DNA from: an uncultured Bacteroidales bacterium
GTDB taxonomy: Bacteria > Bacteroidota > Bacteroidia > Bacteroidales > UBA10428
Length of the DNA stretch: 54,127 nt
Direction of reading: 5' to 3'
Assembly (NCBI GenBank): GCA_964416375.1
Contig: CAYQDZ010000002.1
Span: 1 to 54,127 of the forward strand
Position 1 is the stretch's first letter. Each line of letters starts with the position of its first letter. This document shows positions 1-9,104 of the stretch, one piece after another. The position numbers were made by a program, and so were the translations under genes. Under the pieces are notes generated by a model, which worked only from the letters and a program-made list of their open reading frames with translations, made no database searches and was not told the DNA's origin.

Positions 1-290
1 CTTTCATTGCATCAAACACTATTATACTCTTGTTTGTATATCAAGCCTCAGTCATAAACGGTATTTTTGTCACTTCTTCAGTTTCCCTGTTGGCCGAAAT
101 TATATGCCATGGGATTAAGGTATCCTAAGAATAATTATTTGTTGACTGCTATTTCTTGATTTTTATAACATAATTCCTGAAATTGCGGAATGTTAAAATT
201 TTTCTGGCAGTGTTGCACATTTAATAATTACTATTATAAAGATCATAGGTAAATTCAGTACTGTCAAATAATATTTTTCCAGAAAGAATA

Positions 291-1376
291 ATGATTCCAA
301 ACCTATATAAGAGAAACAGAAAGCACAATACCCTGATTCCTGGTTTTCTTTTTTTATGTGTTTGCCTGACAGTTGAGGGACAAAGACTTTTGCCCGATAC
401 AATATACGTTGATTTCCGGGCTGATTCCATAATTCAGCTTCAGAACATTATCATTTCCGATATCACTGACAGTCGGAGTGAAAATCCCTGTTTTGTCAGG
501 TATGGGATAAAAAAGAAGTTCTTATTGATTCCTGTTGATCAGGAAGTCTATACAAGCAAGCCACTCGCCGGGGAAGTGGGAAGAAATATTCTTTCTTCAT
601 CAGCCGGGGCACCTGAATATCATCTTGAGATTCAGAAATTTGAAATAGAGAAAAAGAAGGGACGATTGTCTTCCACAACGTATTTGTATGCTGATCTTTC
701 CCTTTATGAGAATAGGGATGATACGTTGATTCATCGCGGAACATTTTATTACAATACTTTGTATCATCGTAGAGCAAGGAAGGAAACACTGACAGAAGAA
801 ACAGAGAATCTGCTTGGTAAATGGTATACGGATTTCAAACTTGATCTGATGGCTGTGAATACCATTTTATCGGGGAAAGAAGTGGAATCTTACAGCAATT
901 TTATTCCGGGTGCAAAAGTAAAATCACTTTATCTGAATGCTGCAACCGGCTTATTTGCCGGATTGGACTGGTGGGGATTTCAGGGGGAGATTTATTTCAG
1001 CAGGCCCGAAACCAGATCGAAAAACCATTACTGGGCAGGAATTGTCAGATACAATAACAATGCGGACTATGAATCTTTTGCTATTGGCAGGAAAACGGAA
1101 CATTATTACCTCAGAAAAAGTGAAAATTTGTTGTTTGATATAGACCTGAACCTTCTGATTGGCTTTTGCAAGTGGAAAGATGTGGATGAAAACAATGTTA
1201 AGTTATATCAGATTGTGGATTTTGAATTGTCATCGATTCAAAGCATTCAGTATAATCCCTTAAATTCAAAAGGAATGTTTTTCAGGATTGGATTAGCAGA
1301 AAATCTGCTCTATGTAATTGATAAAATACCAACATTTCAAATCGGTACATTTCTTGGAATTGGATTGAAATTGTAA
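291..1376 (+). CDS. hypothetical secreted / outer-membrane-associated protein
   Basis: 361-aa ORF. A basic N-terminus is followed by a hydrophobic signal-like stretch (LIPGFLFLCVCLTV). No family recognised. It ends 14 nt upstream of the TonB-dependent receptor gene on the same strand. Confidence 0.5.
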   Translation: MIPNLYKRNRKHNTLIPGFLFLCVCLTVEGQRLLPDTIYVDFRADSIIQLQNIIISDITDSRSENPCFVRYGIKKKFLLIPVDQEVYTSKPLAGEVGRNILSSSAGAPEYHLEIQKFEIEKKKGRLSSTTYLYADLSLYENRDDTLIHRGTFYYNTLYHRRARKETLTEETENLLGKWYTDFKLDLMAVNTILSGKEVESYSNFIPGAKVKSLYLNAATGLFAGLDWWGFQGEIYFSRPETRSKNHYWAGIVRYNNNADYESFAIGRKTEHYYLRKSENLLFDIDLNLLIGFCKWKDVDENNVKLYQIVDFELSSIQSIQYNPLNSKGMFFRIGLAENLLYVIDKIPTFQIGTFLGIGLKL

Positions 1377-1390
1377 ACACAACGAAGCAA

Positions 1391-3775
1391 TTGAAGATAA
1401 ACATACTCAATATAGTCCTGATTATTTTTTTGCTCATCCGGAGTGATGTTCTGGAAGCGCAGAAATTTGCCGTATCGGGATACATTATCGACACGGAAAC
1501 AAAAGAAACTCTTATTGGCGCCAGCATTCAACAAAAGGGTACTCCTGTCGGAGTGGTATCCAATATATATGGTTTTTTTCAATTTGCCGGGCTAACATCG
1601 GGAAAGCATATACTGATCATTTCACATATAGGCTACGAAGCTATAGAGCTGAAGTTTGAGATAAAGAATAAAAGCATTGTTTTACCTGATATTCTTCTGA
1701 ATCCAAAAATACTAAGTGTTGAAGAAGTATCCATCATCGCTGCCCGCCCGGATAAAGCAGGTGACAGGGAAGTTGAAACCAGCATGATCGAGCTTTCTGC
1801 AAAGGCCATTAGATCGATACCTACAGCGGGAAATGATGTGTTTGCAGCAATAAAATACCTGCCTGGCATTGATCGGACAGAACCTTTCTCACCACTATTC
1901 ACCGTAAGGGGTGGAGAGCCTGGCGAAAATGCCGTACTTCTGGATGGTGTAATGATTTACAATCCCTATCATTCCAGCATTAATTCAGGTATTTTTAATA
2001 CACAGATTATCAAATCAACGGACCTTCTGACAGGAGGTTTTGGCGCTGAATATGGAGGCAGGAACTCTTCGGTGATGTATATTTCGACAAAAGACGGGAA
2101 CAGCTCTGAATTGCACGGCGAGATTGAACCCAGTACATTCCACTCAAAAGTTTTTCTTGAGTTCCCGGTTGGAGAAAAAGGCTCGGCCATGCTAGCCGGC
2201 CGATATTTTTATGATATTGTCTCACAATTCATTATGCAGAGCAGGTGCTATTTTTATGATTTTAACGTATCGTACACCTATCGCATGAATCCCCGCAATC
2301 GGATTTCTTTAAAGTACTTCCAGTCAAGGGACCGAATGGATAGAAATTTCAACACCTTTTACAAATATGTTGGTAATATGATGGATGTTGACTTTTACGA
2401 TGATGTGAACCTGAAACGGGAAAATAAGTGGGTAAACAGGGCTGCCACGCTCATTCATAAATGGATCCTTACTCCCCGTATTTATATCAGAACACAGGCA
2501 TATTATTCCGCTCACAATTCGGAAAATTATTCGGCTACGGATTTCAGGTTTCAGGTCGAAAATGAAGATATGGATACTTTAAACTTTCAATTAAAGGCCA
2601 GTTCTGATTTTACAAACCGGATAAGTGATCTGTCTGCAAAATCTTTGGTGAATATACGTTTGGTAAATTTCAGTACAGTACGGTTGGGAGTGGAATTTAA
2701 CCGGTATTATTTTGAGAATTCTGCACAGATCAATGAAATTGATCAGGGAAATTTAAAAAGAACTCCCGTGCAATGGTCCTTTTTCGCCGAAGACAAGTTG
2801 CAGGCGGGGCCACTGATTGTCCGACCCGGAATACGGTTTACAAAATACGATCGGAACAAATGGTATTATGAGCCACGAATTAATGCTGTTGTTTTATTGC
2901 CGGCAGAATTCAGGTTGAAAGCTGCATGGGGAACATACTACCAATATGTAGTCAGCATGAATACCAATGAGGTGGAAATGAATCAGTCAGTAGATTATTA
3001 CTTTCCGCTCAATCTTTATAAACCCAGCAAGTCAATACATTATATTGCCGGACTGGAAAAACGACTGAATCCCAGGTCTGTTCTTTCACTCGATGTATAT
3101 TACAAAGACATGGAAAGAGTGTACACCTTCGATATCAATCAGACCGAAAACAAGGTACTGACCCTTTCGGATAAATTGCAGCAGGGAAGGGGAGAGGCCT
3201 ATGGAGCAGAGCTCATGTTACGCGGGGCAATCAAAAATTTATCAGGTTGGTTCAGCTATAGTCTGGCATGGGCAAACCGGCAATATTCCCAACTGAATAA
3301 TGGAGTGGAATATCCCTACGATTATAACCGGAGACACACAGTAAAACTGGTTGCAAATTATGCCATAACAAAAACATTTGAATACAATGTATCATTCACC
3401 TATTTGTCGGGAACTTACAGTAGCATTGAACAGATCACACAAAATTACTTCTATTATGATCCGCAAAAAGAAGAAATGAGTTTCTTTCCTGTGTGGATAT
3501 CCAATGCAAAAAACACGGCCATAATGCCTGCATTGATCAATCTGGATATGAGCATACGCAAAAGATTGAGGTCAGGCTTTGGCAAATACATATCGGATAA
3601 ATTCAATACAACGGAATCGTACCTGACTATTACCATTCGCAATCTGACTTTTTTTCGCAGAAATGTAGATTATTATATTCCCATTTCAGGTGTGAGCAGG
3701 TGGGAAGGAAAATATTTGCCTTTGGGGACCAATTATTTGCCTTCGGTAGGATTAAGTTATACCATTAAATTTTAG
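1391..3775 (+). CDS. TonB-dependent receptor with N-terminal carboxypeptidase-regulatory-like domain
   Basis: 794 aa, TTG start in the track. Signal peptide, a CarboxypepD_reg-like segment (FAVSGYIIDTETKETLIGASIQ...GFFQF), a plug-like region, and a long beta-rich C-terminal part ending in an aromatic residue (LSYTIKF). Confidence 0.85.
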   Translation: MKINILNIVLIIFLLIRSDVLEAQKFAVSGYIIDTETKETLIGASIQQKGTPVGVVSNIYGFFQFAGLTSGKHILIISHIGYEAIELKFEIKNKSIVLPDILLNPKILSVEEVSIIAARPDKAGDREVETSMIELSAKAIRSIPTAGNDVFAAIKYLPGIDRTEPFSPLFTVRGGEPGENAVLLDGVMIYNPYHSSINSGIFNTQIIKSTDLLTGGFGAEYGGRNSSVMYISTKDGNSSELHGEIEPSTFHSKVFLEFPVGEKGSAMLAGRYFYDIVSQFIMQSRCYFYDFNVSYTYRMNPRNRISLKYFQSRDRMDRNFNTFYKYVGNMMDVDFYDDVNLKRENKWVNRAATLIHKWILTPRIYIRTQAYYSAHNSENYSATDFRFQVENEDMDTLNFQLKASSDFTNRISDLSAKSLVNIRLVNFSTVRLGVEFNRYYFENSAQINEIDQGNLKRTPVQWSFFAEDKLQAGPLIVRPGIRFTKYDRNKWYYEPRINAVVLLPAEFRLKAAWGTYYQYVVSMNTNEVEMNQSVDYYFPLNLYKPSKSIHYIAGLEKRLNPRSVLSLDVYYKDMERVYTFDINQTENKVLTLSDKLQQGRGEAYGAELMLRGAIKNLSGWFSYSLAWANRQYSQLNNGVEYPYDYNRRHTVKLVANYAITKTFEYNVSFTYLSGTYSSIEQITQNYFYYDPQKEEMSFFPVWISNAKNTAIMPALINLDMSIRKRLRSGFGKYISDKFNTTESYLTITIRNLTFFRRNVDYYIPISGVSRWEGKYLPLGTNYLPSVGLSYTIKF

Positions 3776-3777
3776 AA

Positions 3778-4596
3778 ATGAAAAGAAACAGGTTTTTGTA
3801 TATTTTTATAGTACCGGTTGCCTTATTTATCTTGTATTCATGCGAAGAAGCAGGCGACTATTATCTTGGCATGAATCAACAACCGGAAATTACCATAAAT
3901 ACTTTTGAAGAGGGATTGAATATATTCGGGTTATTAAGGCCTGACTTCAGAGGGGATTACAATAAATCCTTCGTATTTGTGCAACAAAACTGGCCGGTTC
4001 TTAAAATAGACAGCGTGAGTATTATTCGCAATGTGTTTGTTTCTGCATACCGGATAGAGAATGATGTGGTGGTGGATACTGTTTATTTTCCATTCATGCC
4101 TTCCGATTCATTGTTTACCGATACATTGTACAGAACATCAGAAGCATTTCACCCTGAAGCAGGACAAAGGTTCCGATTGATCTGCGATCACCCTGATTTC
4201 CCCCTTGCATCCGGTGAAACCATAATACCTTCAAAACCTGAAATAGAAGACAATTCCATGAATATCAATGAAGGTATATTAGAGTTTACCATATTGAAAG
4301 ATACCTTGATTAAGATGATGGATATATACCTGATTACGGAATCATACAGTATGCAGGCAGCCAGATATGTTCCGGTGGATACGGCAGATACTCAAATCAG
4401 CATTAGCCTGCCTGATATTCCTCTTTTCTTAAGGGTAAAAATATTCAGCTACGATAACAAACTGGCCACCTACTATGCCAATTCAAATACTTCGCTCAAT
4501 TTCAATAAATACAGAACAACATTCAGTACCCTTGAAAGCGGCTTTGGTGTTTTTGGTTCGCTGAACTTTACGGAAATTGAAATATACGGGAATTAA
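3778..4596 (+). CDS. DUF4249-like lipoprotein (partner of the TonB-dependent receptor)
   Basis: 272 aa with a lipoprotein signal (ALFILYSC). It starts 3 nt after the receptor stop. Size and position match the DUF4249 family that commonly follows this receptor type; the family call is from memory. Confidence 0.55.
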   Translation: MKRNRFLYIFIVPVALFILYSCEEAGDYYLGMNQQPEITINTFEEGLNIFGLLRPDFRGDYNKSFVFVQQNWPVLKIDSVSIIRNVFVSAYRIENDVVVDTVYFPFMPSDSLFTDTLYRTSEAFHPEAGQRFRLICDHPDFPLASGETIIPSKPEIEDNSMNINEGILEFTILKDTLIKMMDIYLITESYSMQAARYVPVDTADTQISISLPDIPLFLRVKIFSYDNKLATYYANSNTSLNFNKYRTTFSTLESGFGVFGSLNFTEIEIYGN

Positions 4597-4831
4597 CTTT
4601 CAGGCTGACAGAAGAAATAATGATAAAATAAAGTTACAGGAAAGAATGCAATAAGTAGTATAAATTTGAAATAAACAGTCATTTTTTTTCGTTAACTTAA
4701 TGGTTAAAAGTGAACAGCATTTTTTAGGTTAAATACTTATCAAATTCCAGACATTATTTGAAACCTTGAAAGCAGTTTATAAGTTAAAGTAAATAGATTT
4801 TTATTTGACACACTAAAACCGAATCTTTACA

Positions 4832-5038
4832 ATGTCAGAAATCAAAATGCTTGATCATCAAAAAATGATTCTTCAAAATGTTATGCATGATAAACTATTG
4901 TTCGAAAAGGAGCTGTTAAAATCAATCAAATGGCTTGAAACGAATGATGCTCAAAAATTACAAACCTGGTTGCAAACTAGCTTTTGGGAATCTCACAAAG
5001 AAATTATTCAGAAAGTTTTTAATAAAGTAGCTGCTTAA
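4832..5038 (+). CDS. small hypothetical protein (68 aa)
   Basis: ATG-started ORF in an otherwise ORF-free region, with helical, protein-like composition. No family recognised. Confidence 0.4.
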   Translation: MSEIKMLDHQKMILQNVMHDKLLFEKELLKSIKWLETNDAQKLQTWLQTSFWESHKEIIQKVFNKVAA

Positions 5039-5061
5039 ATTATTATCAACCCAATCTTGCA

Positions 5062-5271
5062 ATGAAAAAGGAACGAAACTACTACAAACTATACAGTAAA
5101 CTTGGATTAGAAGGATATTATATTCCTGTCAGAAACTCTTTTAACAATTGCATCGAGAGGGAATTTATTCCCATGGAAGCCAAAGAATTGTTTGATGAAA
5201 AATTTGGAGACAAGGTAATAACTGATGAAGAATTTCTTGATTGGTATTCCGAAAATGCAGTAAATTTTTAA
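5062..5271 (+). CDS. small hypothetical protein (69 aa)
   Basis: ATG-started ORF 23 nt after the previous small ORF on the same strand. Acidic C-terminal half. No family recognised. Confidence 0.4.
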   Translation: MKKERNYYKLYSKLGLEGYYIPVRNSFNNCIEREFIPMEAKELFDEKFGDKVITDEEFLDWYSENAVNF

Positions 5272-5294
5272 AGATCTGTTATGGCACAGATCTT
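5271..5294 (+). terminator. stem-loop directly after the small-ORF pair (9-bp stem, no clear U-tract)
   Basis: AAGATCTGT (5271-5279) pairs with ACAGATCTT (5286-5294) around a 6-nt loop. It overlaps the stop codon of the 5062-5271 ORF. Confidence 0.3.
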
Positions 5295-5446
5295 AAGAAT
5301 TATGCCATTAATTCTATTTATAATTGTACTATTGTAAAGTTTTTTATTGTTAATTTGCTATGATTGTCCGTGCCTCAAATCTTATGATTTCAGTGTTCTC
5401 CATTCCGGCTGATTTGTAAATCATTATAATTTTATTAATCATTTTT

Positions 5447-5728
5447 ATGAACATTTTTATTGCAAAACTTGATCCTAAAACGACGAATGAATCTTTGAAT
5501 TCTCTGTTTCAGGAGTATGGGGAGGTAAATTCCACAAAGCTTATTTTTGATCGTGAGACAGGCCACTCAAAATGTTTTGGCTTTGTAGAGATGTCAAACG
5601 ATCAGGAAGCTTCTGAAGCAATCAACGATTTGGATGGTATTGAATTCGAAGGCAGTATCATTGTTGTGAAAAAAGCCCGTACAAGAATTAACAAACCTAG
5701 TCAGAATCAGCGATCCTATAACAGGTGA
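5447..5728 (+). CDS. RRM-type RNA-binding protein
   Basis: 93 aa with an RNP-2-like IFIAKL and an RNP-1-like KCFGFVEM. The length is typical of a bacterial single-RRM protein. Confidence 0.85.
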   Translation: MNIFIAKLDPKTTNESLNSLFQEYGEVNSTKLIFDRETGHSKCFGFVEMSNDQEASEAINDLDGIEFEGSIIVVKKARTRINKPSQNQRSYNR

Positions 5729-5792
5729 AAATTGCAATCGGCAGCATTTAGGCAGCGATTCGATCAGGAAAATATTTTACATGCTATAACTT

Positions 5793-5820
5793 GCCCGGAA
5801 CGCCGGGCATTTTAATTTTA
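5793..5820 (+). terminator. rho-independent terminator of the RRM gene
   Basis: GCCCGG (5793-5798), loop AACG, CCGGGC (5803-5808), followed by ATTTTAATTTTA. Confidence 0.6.
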
Positions 5821-5851
5821 CTGTAAACAATAAATTATTAAATCAGCACAA

Positions 5852-6103
5852 ATGAAATGCAGAACCGGTTGTGGCGCTTGCTGTATAATACCATCCATAT
5901 CATCATCTATTCCCGGCATGCCTGCCGGTAAACCCGCTGGAGTAAGATGTATTCATCTCACCCACGATTATAGGTGTGACATATTTTATTCAGATGAACG
6001 CCCCCAGGTATGCAAAGACTTTAAGGCAGAACCTTCAGTTTGCGGTAATACGCGGGAAGAAGCCCTTAAGATCCTGTCAGAGCTCGAAGGATTGAATTAT
6101 TAA
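5852..6103 (+). CDS. YkgJ-family cysteine-cluster (putative Zn/Fe-binding) protein
   Basis: 83 aa with an N-terminal CRTGCGACC (CxxCxxCC) motif plus additional Cys (CIH, RCD, VCKD, VCG). Confidence 0.7.
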   Translation: MKCRTGCGACCIIPSISSSIPGMPAGKPAGVRCIHLTHDYRCDIFYSDERPQVCKDFKAEPSVCGNTREEALKILSELEGLNY

Positions 6104-6104
6104 C

Positions 6105-7409
6105 CTAATTCTTTCGTTTGTCATGAAAGATGACGGGTTTCCTTGAATTGCCCTGGAATTTCAATTTTTCAATTTCTTCATTTGTGTGGAAATCAACCGA
6201 GGGTGATACCCGCAGTTTAGCCCTGAAATGATCTTTGATCTTTTTTTCCAGCCCGTCAGAATGATCAATGCAATAAGCTTTGATGAGTATTTCGTCCGTA
6301 CCTATATTGTTGGTATATGCTTCAACAATATAGTTGTTGATCTCATTGATATCATCTAAAATATCATATAAAGACGGGGGGTAAACAGTAGTCCCTTTGA
6401 ATTTTATCATCTGTTTTCTTCGTCCCAGAACGGGTCCCAACCGCATGGTTGTTCGTCCACAGGAACAGGGAGAGGTATAATGATGGCAGATGTCTCCGGT
6501 TTTAAAACGCAACAAAGGCATACCTTTTACGCCAAGGGTAGTGATCACAACCTCTCCGGGTTCACCTTCTTTAACAGTCTTTCCATCTTCGTCAATAAAT
6601 TCCGCAATGATCAGTTCGGGGTGGTGATGGCCTCCCCGGCCTGCTTTACACTCTGCAAAAGCTGTCGACATTTCTGTGGATGCATAGGTTGAATACAATT
6701 TCAAATTCCACTTTTCCTTTATTTTTTCAGCCAGAGTACTTAAGCCCAGATCTTGTTTTCTCAGAGGTTCGCCAATGCAAATGGCTTTTTTGACCGATGA
6801 GGTCCGGTAGTCGATACCATTGTTTACAGCATAGTCCACCAACTTGAGTATGAAAGAAGGAACAGCGATCAGCGTGGTAGGGTGAACCCGCATAATGGTG
6901 TCCCATTGCAGTTCAGGGATGCCGGCGCCCACTCTGACAATCCCTGCACCAAGTTTTCGTGCTCCCATAAAATAGGCAAGTCCTGCCATGAATCGCTTAT
7001 CAATGGTCGTTGTGAGTTGAAAAATATCCTTACCCGAACAGTCTGAACAAACAAAAGATATGGCCTCATTATATGCCAGTCTGTCAAGATCACCATCAGT
7101 CAAAACAAAGGTAACAGGATCACCCAGTGTTCCTGAAGTGGTAATGTAATCAATGATCTGATCCTTTGGCACACATATAAAATCATCATTGTATTTATTC
7201 AAATCATCTTTGCTGGTTAAAGGTATCCTGCTTAAGTCTTCTAGAGTCTTGATTTTTTCTACATCAATTTTTTCTCGTTTAAGCATTTTACGATAAAAGG
7301 GAGAATGAGATGCAACATACTGAAGTTGCTTTTTCATGAGTTTCTCCTGAAAAATTTTAATTTCCCCGAGAGATTTTTTTTCAATATCCGGATAATATTT
7401 GTCTGACAT
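6105..7409 (-). CDS. adenylate-forming ligase, phenylacetate-CoA ligase / coenzyme F390 synthetase family (candidate aryl-acid activating enzyme)
   Basis: 434 aa with ANL-superfamily motifs TSGTLGDPV, YASTE, GEPGEVVIT and RFKTGD. It is the last gene of the minus-strand pigment cluster. Confidence 0.8.
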   Translation of the reverse strand: MSDKYYPDIEKKSLGEIKIFQEKLMKKQLQYVASHSPFYRKMLKREKIDVEKIKTLEDLSRIPLTSKDDLNKYNDDFICVPKDQIIDYITTSGTLGDPVTFVLTDGDLDRLAYNEAISFVCSDCSGKDIFQLTTTIDKRFMAGLAYFMGARKLGAGIVRVGAGIPELQWDTIMRVHPTTLIAVPSFILKLVDYAVNNGIDYRTSSVKKAICIGEPLRKQDLGLSTLAEKIKEKWNLKLYSTYASTEMSTAFAECKAGRGGHHHPELIIAEFIDEDGKTVKEGEPGEVVITTLGVKGMPLLRFKTGDICHHYTSPCSCGRTTMRLGPVLGRRKQMIKFKGTTVYPPSLYDILDDINEINNYIVEAYTNNIGTDEILIKAYCIDHSDGLEKKIKDHFRAKLRVSPSVDFHTNEEIEKLKFQGNSRKPVIFHDKRKN

Positions 7410-7421
7410 GACGAAAACTGG

Positions 7422-9104
7422 TTATTTACATTTTTCAATTTGTTCTTCAAGATAATCCGCTACAGAATTACTATTGTATTCTTTTGTAGTACTAAGCATA
7501 TAAAATTTTTTAGCTTTTATATAATTTTTCTTGCTAAAATAGTAATCTCCCAGGTTAAGATAGGCCTCATAATATTCCGGATTTAGTGTTTGATAATAGA
7601 TCAGGATTTTTTCAGATAGTTCTTCCTCTTTTTCAATGGATGATCTAATGCTGTCGGATAGTGATTTGAATTGCAGGTAATGCTCATATTCCAAACTAAA
7701 GATAAATGAATCCACAGGAATGGAAAGATCTATTTCATCTACGGGCAGATTTTCTGACATAAAATTTTCTTTTGAAAATATTTTTTTCAGGTCGTAAGCA
7801 AGATATGCTCCCATCACATTGGGTGAGTTTGAAATCCTGATGATAAGTTTTTCCGGTTCAAAAATTATCGAATGATGAGCCAGAAGCTGATTCAGTGCTT
7901 TTTCATTTCCGTAACCAATGGAAACATCATGAAGGCCCTGTTTATCACGTAATATTTCTGCGACAGATTCGGGATCAAGGATATTCTGCCGGGCTATTAA
8001 TTCATTCAAACGTTTGTACCTGTATCCGGTAGCATTATTTTTCCTGTTGTCTATATTATCTTTAAATCCGGAAAAATTCTTACCCTGAAAATGATTTGTA
8101 CATACAATTAAGGATGAATCTGGCTGTACTAAATCCAGAGATCCGGGTTTTTTTTCAATGATGACGGCTTTTTTATCCTTTGCCGAGCTGATCAGGAAAG
8201 ATTCAGATACCATAATATCTCTGCTTTGAATAATTTCAACAGCCTTCTTAATGTTGTCAGAATATTGCAGCACTTCCCTGGCAACAAGGGTGACAGGTGT
8301 TGAAGACTGCGATGAAATTTGCATGGTACCGGCATTTATAGTAAGGGTGAGCCCCTGATCATTCATACCCGAAACAACACCAATCATACCACCCCAGGTA
8401 ATAAAAGCAAAATTGTAACCTGAATCGGGTGAGACAAATTCCACTATTTTATTCTTTGCAAATCCATCCCCGAAATAAAAATCGAAATTACGACCTACAA
8501 TGAGTGTTGAATCTTGTGTGTTCTCATTCCATGCAGCAAATGAGCTGCAACCAACCAGGTAATAACTCTGCATTGCATGGCCAATGTCATGTGCTGCATG
8601 GTAATTTAAAAGTCGTAAATACCCCGGTCCGAATTCATCGTATTTATGTGAAGCGGATAAAGAAATGCCATATATTTCTTCCAGGTATTCCAGAGAAATA
8701 TTCCTGGCAAGTTTTCTGTTTAACCAGGCTATTGTTGTTAGCAGAAAACGCTGGTAATGCTTCGATGGCAGTATTTTTTGTATCTGTGATACAAATACTT
8801 CTTCCTGCTGCTGAACAAGTTGTTCGGATAACTTGCCTGTCGCAACACCTCTGTCAAAAGCATCACCTTCAACATACATTTCCCACATTCCGTATCTGTT
8901 TTGTCTTAACCAGTTATTATCCAGCACATACAATCCACTATCAATCTCTGTTGGGACTCTGTTATAATATAAACTTTCCTTGTCCGTAGGGGGGTCGGGA
9001 GGTGATGGCTTGATTCCGGCAAACAATAGGACAAAAAGGAGAATCAGTATTCCCAAAATGGAAAGAAACAGAACGAGCAATATTTTCAGAATCCTTCTAA
9101 GCAT
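7422..9104 (-). CDS. C45-family Ntn acyltransferase/hydrolase (acyl-CoA:6-APA acyltransferase-like) with N-terminal membrane anchor and TPR-like C-terminal tail
   Basis: 560 aa. Single N-terminal TM segment, a candidate Gly-Cys nucleophile context (LVGCSSFAAW), and a C-terminal helical repeat region (YYEAYLNLGDYYFSKKNYIKAKKFY). Confidence 0.65.
   Translation of the reverse strand: MLRRILKILLVLFLSILGILILLFVLLFAGIKPSPPDPPTDKESLYYNRVPTEIDSGLYVLDNNWLRQNRYGMWEMYVEGDAFDRGVATGKLSEQLVQQQEEVFVSQIQKILPSKHYQRFLLTTIAWLNRKLARNISLEYLEEIYGISLSASHKYDEFGPGYLRLLNYHAAHDIGHAMQSYYLVGCSSFAAWNENTQDSTLIVGRNFDFYFGDGFAKNKIVEFVSPDSGYNFAFITWGGMIGVVSGMNDQGLTLTINAGTMQISSQSSTPVTLVAREVLQYSDNIKKAVEIIQSRDIMVSESFLISSAKDKKAVIIEKKPGSLDLVQPDSSLIVCTNHFQGKNFSGFKDNIDNRKNNATGYRYKRLNELIARQNILDPESVAEILRDKQGLHDVSIGYGNEKALNQLLAHHSIIFEPEKLIIRISNSPNVMGAYLAYDLKKIFSKENFMSENLPVDEIDLSIPVDSFIFSLEYEHYLQFKSLSDSIRSSIEKEEELSEKILIYYQTLNPEYYEAYLNLGDYYFSKKNYIKAKKFYMLSTTKEYNSNSVADYLEEQIEKCK

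Noticed and set aside
1-118. Open plus-strand frame running in from the left edge (…FHCIKHYYTLVCISS…MPWD-stop).
   Set aside because: It is too short and has implausible composition (Cys/His/Phe rich). I cannot support it as a gene end.
6103-6105. Convergent genes whose stop codons are separated by a single nucleotide (YkgJ-like plus strand, ligase minus strand).
   Set aside because: Tight convergent packing is unusual but not informative on its own. There is no room for a shared terminator, so termination signals presumably lie inside the opposing coding sequences.
8504-8989. 161-aa plus-strand ORF inside the C45 acyltransferase gene.
   Set aside because: It is entirely antisense to a well-supported gene and has Cys/His/Leu-rich low-complexity composition. 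This is a typical shadow ORF.
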